Shown: positions 19,744 to 28,024 of the stretch, one piece after another
How the letters are laid out: every line of letters starts with the position of its first letter
Position numbering within the stretch: the stretch's first letter is position 1
Assembly: GCA_035711845.1 (NCBI GenBank)
Contig: DASTBU010000136.1
Span: forward strand, 1-43,866
From: Vicinamibacterales bacterium
GTDB lineage: Bacteria > Acidobacteriota > Vicinamibacteria > Vicinamibacterales > 2-12-FULL-66-21
Reading direction: 5' to 3'
Length of the DNA: 43,866 nt
The notes under the pieces: generated by a model
Database searches by the model: none
Told to the model about the DNA's origin: nothing
Seen by the model: only the letters and a program-made list of their open reading frames with translations
Made by a program: the position numbers and the translations under genes

Positions 19744-21174
19744 GTGCGCGTTCTGGCCATTTGTCTCGACGAGCTCGTCATCCGGTCGCTCGACGACGTG
19801 CTGTTGCCCAGCTTCGAGGTGGATTTCCTCGTGGAGAGCCGTCCGCTGGCGCGGCGGCTCCACGACGCCGGCCTGCAGGTGACCTGCGGCGACCCCCGCC
19901 GCGTCGACACCTACCTCAAGGCCGACATCGTCCCCAGCACCTGCTTCATCGTGGAAGACAACGGCCGCCGGAGCATTCGCAAGATCGTGTCAGCAATCCG
20001 GGACGCGGGCGGCACGCTGATTTACGTCATTCACACGGGGCCGAGGACGGCGAAGACATCCGAGGCGGTGCGGTCGGTGGTGCCCGACGTCACGCACATG
20101 GATCTCGCCGAGCTGATCCGTCCCACACTGGTCACGGAGTTGAGCCGGTCGATGACGCGGGCCCGGGTCCAGCAGTATCAGCGCTATTTCGCCGATGCCG
20201 ACCGCGTGCTGATCCTGCTGCACAACGACCCCGATCCCGATGCGCTGGCGAGCGGGCTGGCGCTCAGGAACCTGTTGCGCCGGACGAAGACCACGGCGAT
20301 CATCGGCGCGATGCAGGGTGTCACGCGTCCGGAGAATCTGCGGATGGCGAACATGCTCGACATCCAGGTCGAGCAGATTACGCCGGCGTCGTTCCAGGAG
20401 TTCGCGCGCGTCGCCACGGTGGACGTGCAGCCGCACTATTTCGGCGGCCTCCTGGATCGCGCGGACCTGGTGATCGACCATCATCCCGAACAGCCTGGCT
20501 ACAGCGCCGTGTTCAAGGACATCCGCGCGGACTACGGCTCGACGTCCACGATCCTCACCGAGCACCTGCGCGCCGTTGACGTGAACATCTCGGAACGGAC
20601 GGCGACCGCGATGTTGTACGCAATCAAGTCCGACACCTTGTTTTTCGCGCGCCATACCAACCGCGTCGATCTCGAGGCCTTCACCTTTCTGTATCCCCTC
20701 GCGGACGCGGCGCTCATCCGCAAGATGGAGGGGGCGGAAATCACGCTGGAGCGGCTGGATTTCGTCACCCGCGCGAGCCAGGGCGGGATCATGCGCGATC
20801 AGGTGTTCAGTGCGTTCATCGGCGAAGCCTCGCGCGAGGATTTCATCCCGTACACCGCCGACTTCTTCCTCCAGCTCGAGGCCGTGAAGTGGACGATCGT
20901 CGCGGGTGTGGTCAACGACTCCCTCATCCTCAGCGTCCGCAACCTCGGGTACTCGCGCAACGCGGGAGAATTCGTCAAGCGCTGGTTCGGAGACATCGGG
21001 AGCGCAGGGGGCCACCGCGCGATGGCCAAGGCGGTCGTGCCAATCGAGCGCTTCCGCCAGAAGTTCGGCGACCTGTCGGGCCCGGAAATCACGGCGAAGA
21101 TCGCCGAGATGGCCGAACAATTCCTGCACGAGCCGATCACGGACAAAAGGAAGGAAGCCGTCGTCCGCCCGTGA
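19744..21174 (+). CDS. DHH-family phosphoesterase (NrnA-like DHH-DHHA1) with N-terminal ~155-aa Rossmann/RCK-like extension
   Basis: DHH motifs RVLILLHNDPDPDALASG and VIDHHP, and the DHHA1 GGGH motif (IGSAGGHRAMAKA). GTG start with GGAGG 10 nt upstream. Confidence 0.75.
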   Translation: MRVLAICLDELVIRSLDDVLLPSFEVDFLVESRPLARRLHDAGLQVTCGDPRRVDTYLKADIVPSTCFIVEDNGRRSIRKIVSAIRDAGGTLIYVIHTGPRTAKTSEAVRSVVPDVTHMDLAELIRPTLVTELSRSMTRARVQQYQRYFADADRVLILLHNDPDPDALASGLALRNLLRRTKTTAIIGAMQGVTRPENLRMANMLDIQVEQITPASFQEFARVATVDVQPHYFGGLLDRADLVIDHHPEQPGYSAVFKDIRADYGSTSTILTEHLRAVDVNISERTATAMLYAIKSDTLFFARHTNRVDLEAFTFLYPLADAALIRKMEGAEITLERLDFVTRASQGGIMRDQVFSAFIGEASREDFIPYTADFFLQLEAVKWTIVAGVVNDSLILSVRNLGYSRNAGEFVKRWFGDIGSAGGHRAMAKAVVPIERFRQKFGDLSGPEITAKIAEMAEQFLHEPITDKRKEAVVRP

Positions 21175-21255
21175 GGATCCCGGCGGTGCCCGGACCGCGC
21201 GCGCGGATACGATGAACCAGCGGGGCCGTCTCGAACGGGCCGGGACCCCCAGGAT

Positions 21256-22416
21256 TCAGCCGAGCGCCTGATCCAGATCCGCGATCAGATCCTCAGGGTC
21301 TTCCAACCCGATCGACAGGCGCGCCATGCTCGTCGTGACCCCTGCCCGCGCGAGCTGCTCCTCGGAGTGCCCCCACTGCGAGGTCAGCACGGGCAGGCTG
21401 CAGAGGCTCTCCACGCCGCCGAGGCTTGCCGCGCGCGTGAACACGCGCAGCCGATCGAAGAACCGCGCGGCCCCTTCGTAGCCACCGCCGACGTCGACAC
21501 ACACCATGCCGCCGAAGCCACGCATCTGCTTCGACGCGACGGCGTAGTCGGGGTGCGACTCCAGCCCCGGATAGTAGACGGTGCGTACCCGGGCGTCGCG
21601 CTCGAGCCAGCGCGCGACCGCCATCGCGTTCCTGTTGTGACGGTCCATACGGACCGCCAGCGTCTTCAGGCCGCGGCCGAGCGCATAGGCAGCATACGGG
21701 TCCAGCACGGCGCCTGCCAGCTTGCGGACCTTCAGCATCCGTTCGATGAGGCGTGCCGGTCCGGCCAGCACGCCGGCCGTCACGTCACTATGGCCATTGA
21801 GGTATTTGGTCGCGCTGTGCATCACGAGGTCGATCCCCAGCGCAACCGGCTGCTGGTTCAACGGGCTGGCAAACGTGTTGTCGATCACCGAGACGACGCC
21901 GCGCGCGCGGCAGGCAGCTGCCACACGGGCAATGTCGATGCAGCGCAAGGTTGGGTTGATCGGGGACTCGAACCACACCACTTTCGTCCCGTCCGAGATC
22001 AGGGCCTCCGGGCGTGCCAGCTCGTCGAGCGACGCGAACCGCGACCGCACGCCGAAGGCCGACAACAGGTCGACGATGAGGTGCAACGTCCCGCCGTAGA
22101 TCGCAGAACTGCAGACGATCTCGTCACCGGAGCCGACGAGCGCCAGCAGCGCCGTCGTCGTCGCCGCCTGACCGCTCGAGAGCACCAGGGCCGCCTCGGC
22201 GCCCTCGAGCGCGGCCAGCTTCGTTTCCACTTCGACGACGGTCGGATTGGCGTAGCGCGTGTACAGGAACTTTGCCGAGCGGCCTTCGTTGTAGGCCAGT
22301 ACCTCGGCCGCGCTTTCGAACACGAACGTCGTCGTTTCGTAGATCGGGGTGGTCAGCGGCGCGGCGTCGTCGGCGACACCCGCCACGCGATGAATGAGCT
22401 CTGTTGCTGCACGCAT
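21256..22416 (-). CDS. PLP-dependent trans-sulfuration enzyme (cystathionine gamma-synthase/beta-lyase/Met gamma-lyase family)
   Basis: PLP-Lys region DLVMHSATKYLNGHSDV and an N-terminal PIYETTTF motif. The ATG at 22414-22416 is immediately followed by the repeat array. Confidence 0.85.
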   Translation of the reverse strand: MRAATELIHRVAGVADDAAPLTTPIYETTTFVFESAAEVLAYNEGRSAKFLYTRYANPTVVEVETKLAALEGAEAALVLSSGQAATTTALLALVGSGDEIVCSSAIYGGTLHLIVDLLSAFGVRSRFASLDELARPEALISDGTKVVWFESPINPTLRCIDIARVAAACRARGVVSVIDNTFASPLNQQPVALGIDLVMHSATKYLNGHSDVTAGVLAGPARLIERMLKVRKLAGAVLDPYAAYALGRGLKTLAVRMDRHNRNAMAVARWLERDARVRTVYYPGLESHPDYAVASKQMRGFGGMVCVDVGGGYEGAARFFDRLRVFTRAASLGGVESLCSLPVLTSQWGHSEEQLARAGVTTSMARLSIGLEDPEDLIADLDQALG

Positions 22417-22420
22417 ATTT

Positions 22421-22797
22421 GTCCCTGGTCGCTCAGTCCCTGGTCGCTGGTCCCTTGGTCCTCGGTCCCTGGTCGCTGGTCGCTGGTCCCTTGGTCCTGG
22501 GTCCCTGGTCTCGGGTACCTTGGTCCTCGGTCGCTCATCCCGTGTCCTTTGGTCCTCAGTCTTGGGACCGACCCTGGTCGGAATACTAACGCATCCCCGG
22601 AGGTCGACCGAGTCCAAGCCAAGAGAGGACGCACGGTAAGGGAGGAGGCAAGGGACTCAGGACGAAGGGACCCAGGACGAAGGGACCAACGACTGAGGGA
22701 CCGACCAGGGACCGAGGGACCCGGGACCGAGGGACCCGGGACTGAGGGACCCGGGACTGAGGGACCCGGGACTAAGGGACCAAGGGACCAAGGGACT
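22421..22797. repeat. Composite inverted tandem-repeat element (GGTCCCT/GGTCGCT units on the left arm, GGGACCGAGGGACCC units on the right arm, ~100-bp unique centre)
   Basis: Direct reading: the left arm is the reverse complement of the right-arm unit. The patatin-like gene's stop codon lies in the right arm, and the metB-like ATG abuts the left arm. Confidence 0.9.
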
Positions 22798-24199
22798 GCT
22801 CGCTCTCCCCCACGACCGGCTCGATGAAGAGGCGGTAGGCATCTTCGTATCCGCGATCGACCAGCTCGGCGAGCGTGTGGGCGCGGTCCGAACGCTCGTC
22901 GTAGACGCCGGCGAAATCGAGCGGACCCAACGGATTGTGCAGGGGACGAATGACGTACAGCCCGGCAAAACGGCCGGCCGTGTGCTCCACGACGTCGCGG
23001 AGTGCGGCGGCCTCGAAGCTCCCGAGCGATTCTGCTGCGCGGCCGCGGATGTCGGCGCGTCCGGCGCTCAGCTCGTGCGGCCCGCCGGGCGGCGGCACTG
23101 GTGCGACGATGATGATCTGCTCGACGCCGGCGGCGGCCACTTCTTCCAGCAACCGGAGAAGGCCGCCGGGCCGATCGCACAGGCGGTGTGTTTCGCCCCG
23201 CCAGGGACCTTCGGGCGCAAAGGTCACCAGGTGCGGATCGCACGCGACGGGCACGGCGAGCGCCGCCGTGAGCGCATCCAGCGCATGCTCGCGAGCCACG
23301 CCGCTGAGATCGAAGGCTTCGAGCTGGCGGACTCCTCCCACCGGCCCGGCTCGCGTCGGGAACCGGTTCCGGTGGCTTCCGGAAAGAAGGGCAAAGACCA
23401 GGTCACGTCGCGCGTCCAGATCGTGAACCGTGATCAGCAGCTCCCTGAAGCCGGGCTGTCCAAGGTTCTCCGACAGCAGCTCCAGATACTTGCGCGCCAG
23501 ATCTGGCGAGGACGGCGCGGCGAGCGGAGCCGCGCCCCGAATCAAGTTCCAGAGCTCCGACGAACTTCGCTCGACGAGCGAGGAGGCGGAGAAGGGCCCG
23601 CCGAAAATCCGACCCACGAGCCCATGCTGCGCCCGGCGCTTCGAGGTCCGGCCCGTCAGCGCCGGCAACGCGCCGGCGACAGCGGCGGCGGCCGACAGGA
23701 GCACGGCGAGCAGCGCCAGCCGTGGGATGATCGTCGGGAGCACAGCCGGGGCGAAGAGCACCTCCATCCAGCGGCTGTATCCCGCGCTCACCTGTGAGCC
23801 GATCCCTCCGAGGCCGATCAGCGTCAGGAGGAGCCCCGCCATGGCGGCCAGCACCGAGAGGGCGAGCAGGGCAAGAGGCACCGCAAGGACGGCCAGCCCA
23901 GCGACGAGCGCCCAGGCGGCGACCCGCAGCGAGCGGCGCCACCCGTAGAACCGAGCGGCGGAGGCGCTGCGCCAGATCCCGGTCTCTTCCCACAGCCGGG
24001 CGCTTCCATCGATCGCCGCGTACATCGCCGCGATGACCCCCACGCCGCGGGCCGCCACGAGGTCGATGCGAATACCCGCCTCGTGCAGCGCGCGCAGCAC
24101 GCCCGCATGGTAGGCGCCGCCCGTGCCGGAGCCGGTGAGCACGAGCGCCGTGCGCAGCCGGGTGGAGTACTGGCGGTCGGGTGAATCGGGTGTGATCAC
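22772..24199 (-). CDS. Patatin-like phospholipase-family protein, apparently catalytically degenerate, with a central TM segment
   Basis: The patatin block LVLTGSGTGGAYHAGVLRAL...IDLVAARGVGVIAAMYA aligns to GGGxRG...GxSxG, but the Ser and Arg positions are replaced. GTG start. Confidence 0.65.
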   Translation of the reverse strand: MITPDSPDRQYSTRLRTALVLTGSGTGGAYHAGVLRALHEAGIRIDLVAARGVGVIAAMYAAIDGSARLWEETGIWRSASAARFYGWRRSLRVAAWALVAGLAVLAVPLALLALSVLAAMAGLLLTLIGLGGIGSQVSAGYSRWMEVLFAPAVLPTIIPRLALLAVLLSAAAAVAGALPALTGRTSKRRAQHGLVGRIFGGPFSASSLVERSSSELWNLIRGAAPLAAPSSPDLARKYLELLSENLGQPGFRELLITVHDLDARRDLVFALLSGSHRNRFPTRAGPVGGVRQLEAFDLSGVAREHALDALTAALAVPVACDPHLVTFAPEGPWRGETHRLCDRPGGLLRLLEEVAAAGVEQIIIVAPVPPPGGPHELSAGRADIRGRAAESLGSFEAAALRDVVEHTAGRFAGLYVIRPLHNPLGPLDFAGVYDERSDRAHTLAELVDRGYEDAYRLFIEPVVGESEQSLGPLVP

Positions 24200-24209
24200 A
24201 CCGTGCGCG

Positions 24210-24674
24210 TCACTCGTCGTGAATGGTGAGCAGCTTGACGACCTCGAATCGCCGGCTGCCGTTCGGCGTGGTCACGGTCACCTCGTCGCCTTCCTCCTTG
24301 TTGAGCAGCGCCCGGCCAATCGGGGAGGCGGTCGAGATCAGCCCGTGCTCGACGTCGGCGTCTTCGGGCATGACCAGCTGATAGACGATCTCCTGGCCAT
24401 TCGGATCCTTGAGATGAACGGTCGAGCCGAATCCCACGCGATCCTTCGGAAGCTTGTCGAGGTTCATCAGAGAGATTTCGCTGACGCGTTTCTTGAGAAG
24501 GCTGATCCTCGATTCCACGAGCCGCTGCCGTTCCTTGGCAGCGTGATACTCCGCGTTTTCCCGCAGGTCGCCAAGCTCCCGTGCGCGCTTGATCTCCTTC
24601 GGCAGCTCCATCTTGAGCTCCCGTTCGAGCTGCTGGATCTCGCCCTCGAACTTCTTCAGAATCTGCGCCTTCAT
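24210..24674 (-). CDS. greA: Transcription elongation factor GreA
   Basis: 154 aa, MKAQILKKFEGEIQQLERELK...GDLRENAEYHAAKE... Confidence 0.9.
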   Translation of the reverse strand: MKAQILKKFEGEIQQLERELKMELPKEIKRARELGDLRENAEYHAAKERQRLVESRISLLKKRVSEISLMNLDKLPKDRVGFGSTVHLKDPNGQEIVYQLVMPEDADVEHGLISTASPIGRALLNKEEGDEVTVTTPNGSRRFEVVKLLTIHDE

Positions 24675-24681
24675 CGGGACG

Positions 24682-25542
24682 ATGGTAGCACGATCGCATG
24701 CGACGAAACGCCGGGCCGGAGGCCTCCCGCACGCGGCGTACAATACGACGGTGGAACGCATTTCGAGCCGGCAGAACGCGGTCGTGAAACGTTTTCGCGC
24801 GTTGATCCGCGCAGGCTCGATCGACGATGAGGTGCTCCTCGACGGTGTGCACCTGCTCGAGGAGGCGCTCTCGGCCGGCATGCGGATCGAGGTCGCGGCA
24901 TTCGCGGAGCCGCTGATCTCTGGCCCGCTCGCCGCGCTGGCGGCGCGAACCGAGGCCGTCCACGCCAGGACCATCGCCGTGCCGCAAGAGGTGCTCACCA
25001 CCATCGGCCCGGTGCGGCACCCGTCCGGCGTCGTCGCGATCGCGCAGCTTCGCCGCCGAGCACTCGACGAGGCGCTCGCCGGTGAGCGGCCGCTCGTCGT
25101 GATCCTCCACCAGGTCCAGGACCCTGGCAACGTGGGCGCAGTCGTCCGCGCCGCCGAAGCGTGCGGCGCAACCGGCGTCGTCACGACGAGCGGGACCGCC
25201 GATCCGTATGGGTGGAAGTCGCTCCGCGGCGCGATGGGCAGCGCGTTCAGACTGCCTATCGCGACAGGGATATCACCCGGTCGGCTCGGCACTGCGCTCG
25301 ACGCTCGGGGTATTTCCCTCATGGCCGCCGTGCCGCGGGACGGCACGCCATTGCCGGAAGCCGATCTCACCGGCCCGGCAGCGATCCTGCTGGGCGGCGA
25401 AGGCGCCGGCCTGCCGCCCGAGGTCGTGGCCGATGCCCACGCGCGCCTCACGATTCCGATGAAGGCGCCCGTCGAGTCGCTGAACGTCGCCATCGCCGCA
25501 TCCCTTATCCTGTACGAAGCCGCGCGACAGCGCTGCAACTGA
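24682..25542 (+). CDS. TrmH/SpoU-family RNA 2'-O-methyltransferase
   Basis: SpoU substrate-binding and methylase motifs (VVILHQVQDPGNVGAVVRAAEA, LLGGEGAGL, ESLNVAIAASLILYE). The start is uncertain: ATG 24682 lies only 7 bp from the divergent greA start, and GTG 24751 is an alternative. Confidence 0.75.
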   Translation: MVARSHATKRRAGGLPHAAYNTTVERISSRQNAVVKRFRALIRAGSIDDEVLLDGVHLLEEALSAGMRIEVAAFAEPLISGPLAALAARTEAVHARTIAVPQEVLTTIGPVRHPSGVVAIAQLRRRALDEALAGERPLVVILHQVQDPGNVGAVVRAAEACGATGVVTTSGTADPYGWKSLRGAMGSAFRLPIATGISPGRLGTALDARGISLMAAVPRDGTPLPEADLTGPAAILLGGEGAGLPPEVVADAHARLTIPMKAPVESLNVAIAASLILYEAARQRCN

Positions 25543-25549
25543 AGGCCAC

Positions 25550-26875
25550 ATGTCTCTTTTCGACGACCCGGAACCGGAAGCAACCATCCCCGCCACATCC
25601 CCGCTGGCCGAACGCATGCGGCCGCGCACGCTCGACGAATTCGTGGGACAGGATGCGCTGCTCGCTCCCGGACGGCCGTTGCGCCAGGCGATCGAGCAGG
25701 ACCGCCTGCAGTCGCTGATTCTCTGGGGTCCTCCAGGAACCGGCAAGACAACGCTCGCCCGTCTCGTCGCCAGGGTCACCCGCGCCCAGTTCACCTCGTT
25801 CAGCGCGGTGCTCTCGGGCATCAAGGAGATCCGGACCGTGATGGCCGAAGCGGAGGAGGCGCGGCGTCGGCGCGGACGGAGGACCCTGCTCTTCGTGGAC
25901 GAGATCCACCGCTTCAACAAGGCGCAACAGGACGCGTTCCTGCCGCGTGTCGAGGCGGGCGACATCGTGCTGATCGGCGCGACCACGGAGAACCCGTCCT
26001 TCGAGGTGAACTCCGCGCTGTTGTCGCGGTCCAAGGTGTACGTGCTTCAGCCACTCGGTCCGGAGGCGATCGTGACCATCCTGCGCCGGGCCCTCTCGGA
26101 CGCCGAGCGGGGACTCGGAGCGATGAACCTCGGCGTCGAGGAAGAAGCGCTCGCGGCCATCGCGCGCTATGCCAACGGGGACGCTCGCGTTGCGCTGAAC
26201 CTCATCGAGATGGCGTCGGGGGCGGCCGCGGGCTCCGGGCGGATCGACGCGGCGATGATTGCGGACCTGGCGCAGAACCGGGCGCTGCTGTACGACAAGT
26301 CCGGCGAGGAACACTACAACCTGATCTCGGCGCTGCACAAATCCATGCGTAACAGCGATCCGGACGCCTCCGTGTACTGGCTGGCTCGCATGCTCGAAGC
26401 CGGCGAGGACCCGCTCTATGTCGCCAGGCGCCTGGTGAGGTTCGCCTCGGAAGACGTCGGGAACGCCGACCCCCAGGCGCTGGCGATCGCGGTCGCGGCC
26501 AAGGACGCCGTTCACTTCATCGGCATGCCCGAAGGCAATACCGCACTGGCCCAGGCCGTCATCTACCTGGCGACCACACCGAAGAGCAACGCGGTGTACA
26601 CCGCGTACCTGCAGGCAGCGGAGGCGGCCGCCAGCGAGATTGCCGAACCCGTGCCGCTGCACCTGCGGAATGCCCCTACGCGCCTGATGAAACAGCTCGA
26701 ATACGGAAAGGGGTACAAGTACGCCCACGACGAACCGGAGGGTATAGCGGAAATGGAATGCCTGCCCCCTGCGCACCGCGGGCGGAAGTTCTACCGGCCC
26801 ACGAACCGGGGCCGCGAGGCAGCGGTCAGAAAGTGGATGGAGGAGAAAGTTAGAAGGCTGAAGGCTGAAGGCTGA
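25550..26875 (+). CDS. rarA: Replication-associated recombination protein A (AAA+ ATPase)
   Basis: Walker A GPPGTGKTT, Walker B LLFVDEIHRFNK, and the MgsA C-terminal domain. The last residues (LKAEG) are encoded by the GAAGGCT array. Confidence 0.9.
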   Translation: MSLFDDPEPEATIPATSPLAERMRPRTLDEFVGQDALLAPGRPLRQAIEQDRLQSLILWGPPGTGKTTLARLVARVTRAQFTSFSAVLSGIKEIRTVMAEAEEARRRRGRRTLLFVDEIHRFNKAQQDAFLPRVEAGDIVLIGATTENPSFEVNSALLSRSKVYVLQPLGPEAIVTILRRALSDAERGLGAMNLGVEEEALAAIARYANGDARVALNLIEMASGAAAGSGRIDAAMIADLAQNRALLYDKSGEEHYNLISALHKSMRNSDPDASVYWLARMLEAGEDPLYVARRLVRFASEDVGNADPQALAIAVAAKDAVHFIGMPEGNTALAQAVIYLATTPKSNAVYTAYLQAAEAAASEIAEPVPLHLRNAPTRLMKQLEYGKGYKYAHDEPEGIAEMECLPPAHRGRKFYRPTNRGREAAVRKWMEEKVRRLKAEG

Positions 26876-26929
26876 AGGCTGAAGGAACTTCAGCGTTCCA
26901 CCTTCAGCCTTCCACCTCAGCTTTGAAGG
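26853..26929. repeat. (GAAGGCT)x4.5 tandem array followed by its inverted complement (multi-hairpin) between convergent rarA and protease genes
   Basis: GAAGGCTGAAGGCTGAAGGCTGAAGGCTGAAGG, then AACTTCAGCGTTCCACCTTCAGCCTTCCACCTCAGC. Both gene stop codons lie inside it. Confidence 0.85.
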
Positions 26930-27792
26930 TGTGCGACCTTCCGGAACATCTCGGTGCGGATGGGCAGGATGAACGAGAACCTGTAATCGCCCTGCATACG
27001 CCCGATCGGGATGCCAACCAGTTCTCCGTCGCGGTTGAGCACGCCTCCGCCGGACACACCCGGGTGCCCGTCCGTGAGGCAGGTGACCAGCTTGTTGGCG
27101 GTCTTCTGCCCCACATAGCCGGTCGAGACGATGATGCCCTTCGAATAATCGTTGCCGAGCCGGAAGATCGGGTCCGCGAAGTCGAACCCGTACGCCAGGT
27201 TGGGTCTCAATGCCGGCAGATCCACCGGCTGCTTCACCTTGATGATGGCCCAGTCGCCCGGATCGACCTCGACTTCGGCATCCCCGGAATCCACCACGCG
27301 CGCGGGAATCAGCTTCCCGTCGTACATCAGCTTGACCGAGACGATGCGGCGCGGATCCGACAGACCTTCCTGGCCGAGCGCGACAACGCCGTGTTTCACG
27401 GTGATGAAGTATCCGTTGCCAAGGTAGCCCGCCGTGCCGTAGCTGCTCGAGCCGCGGTCGTCGTACGAATACAGCTCGACGAAGCTGGAGCGGCTGTCGC
27501 GGAGGAGATCCAGCGGGAGAAGCCCCATCTCGTCCTGCAGCTGCCGCTTGACGTCGGCCACGATCGCCGCGCGGTTGGCTTCGTCCATGGAGTCTGCGGC
27601 CGCCTTGCGGCCGTTGCCCGATGTCCCGGCCGCCTCGGCCAGTGGGCGTTTGAGTTGCGCAATCTCGGCGCGCAGGGCGGCAAGCTGCTCGTCGCTATCG
27701 TTCTGGCGAGCGCCCAGGTAGTTGCCCAGTCCAAAGAAGAGCAGGGCAAAGGCGGAAGCGATGATCGCTGGTAGCGTACGACGCGTGGACAT
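26917..27792 (-). CDS. Membrane-anchored trypsin-like (S1) serine protease
   Basis: N-terminal TM helix, coiled-coil, and a C-terminal chymotrypsin fold with DGHPGVSGGGV around the catalytic Ser. Confidence 0.75.
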   Translation of the reverse strand: MSTRRTLPAIIASAFALLFFGLGNYLGARQNDSDEQLAALRAEIAQLKRPLAEAAGTSGNGRKAAADSMDEANRAAIVADVKRQLQDEMGLLPLDLLRDSRSSFVELYSYDDRGSSSYGTAGYLGNGYFITVKHGVVALGQEGLSDPRRIVSVKLMYDGKLIPARVVDSGDAEVEVDPGDWAIIKVKQPVDLPALRPNLAYGFDFADPIFRLGNDYSKGIIVSTGYVGQKTANKLVTCLTDGHPGVSGGGVLNRDGELVGIPIGRMQGDYRFSFILPIRTEMFRKVAHLQS

Positions 27793-28024
27793 AGCAACTC
27801 CAAGTTCGGCAGCTAAACCACCCCGCACCAACGGGGCTTACAGCTTTGCGCACTTCCTGAACGGACGTGGCCTTTTCGCTTGGAAAAAAGTTCAGAGCCG
27901 AGTTGCTGGGATAAAAAACTGTAACGGGAATGCGGGTGACTGTCAAGAGTAAATCTTGCGCAGTCAGTCGGTTATGGCTCAGGTGCACACACCGGCACGC
28001 CGATGCATCGCTCCTCACCGGACG

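Noticed and set aside
22421-22797. Possible CRISPR array
   Set aside because: Units are 7-15 bp with no 25-40 bp unique spacers and no cas genes nearby. The arms are mutually reverse-complementary, unlike CRISPR direct repeats.
22353-23243. 296-aa ORF translating the repeat as GPSVPGPSVPG… (collagen-like appearance)
   Set aside because: It is produced by reading the GGGACC repeats, and is antisense to the patatin-like gene. The 7/15-bp unit does not preserve frame.
24674-24751. Divergent greA / TrmH-family starts only 7 bp apart
   Set aside because: This is probably a start-codon assignment problem: the TrmH-family gene may start at GTG 24751. It is not treated as a biological oddity.
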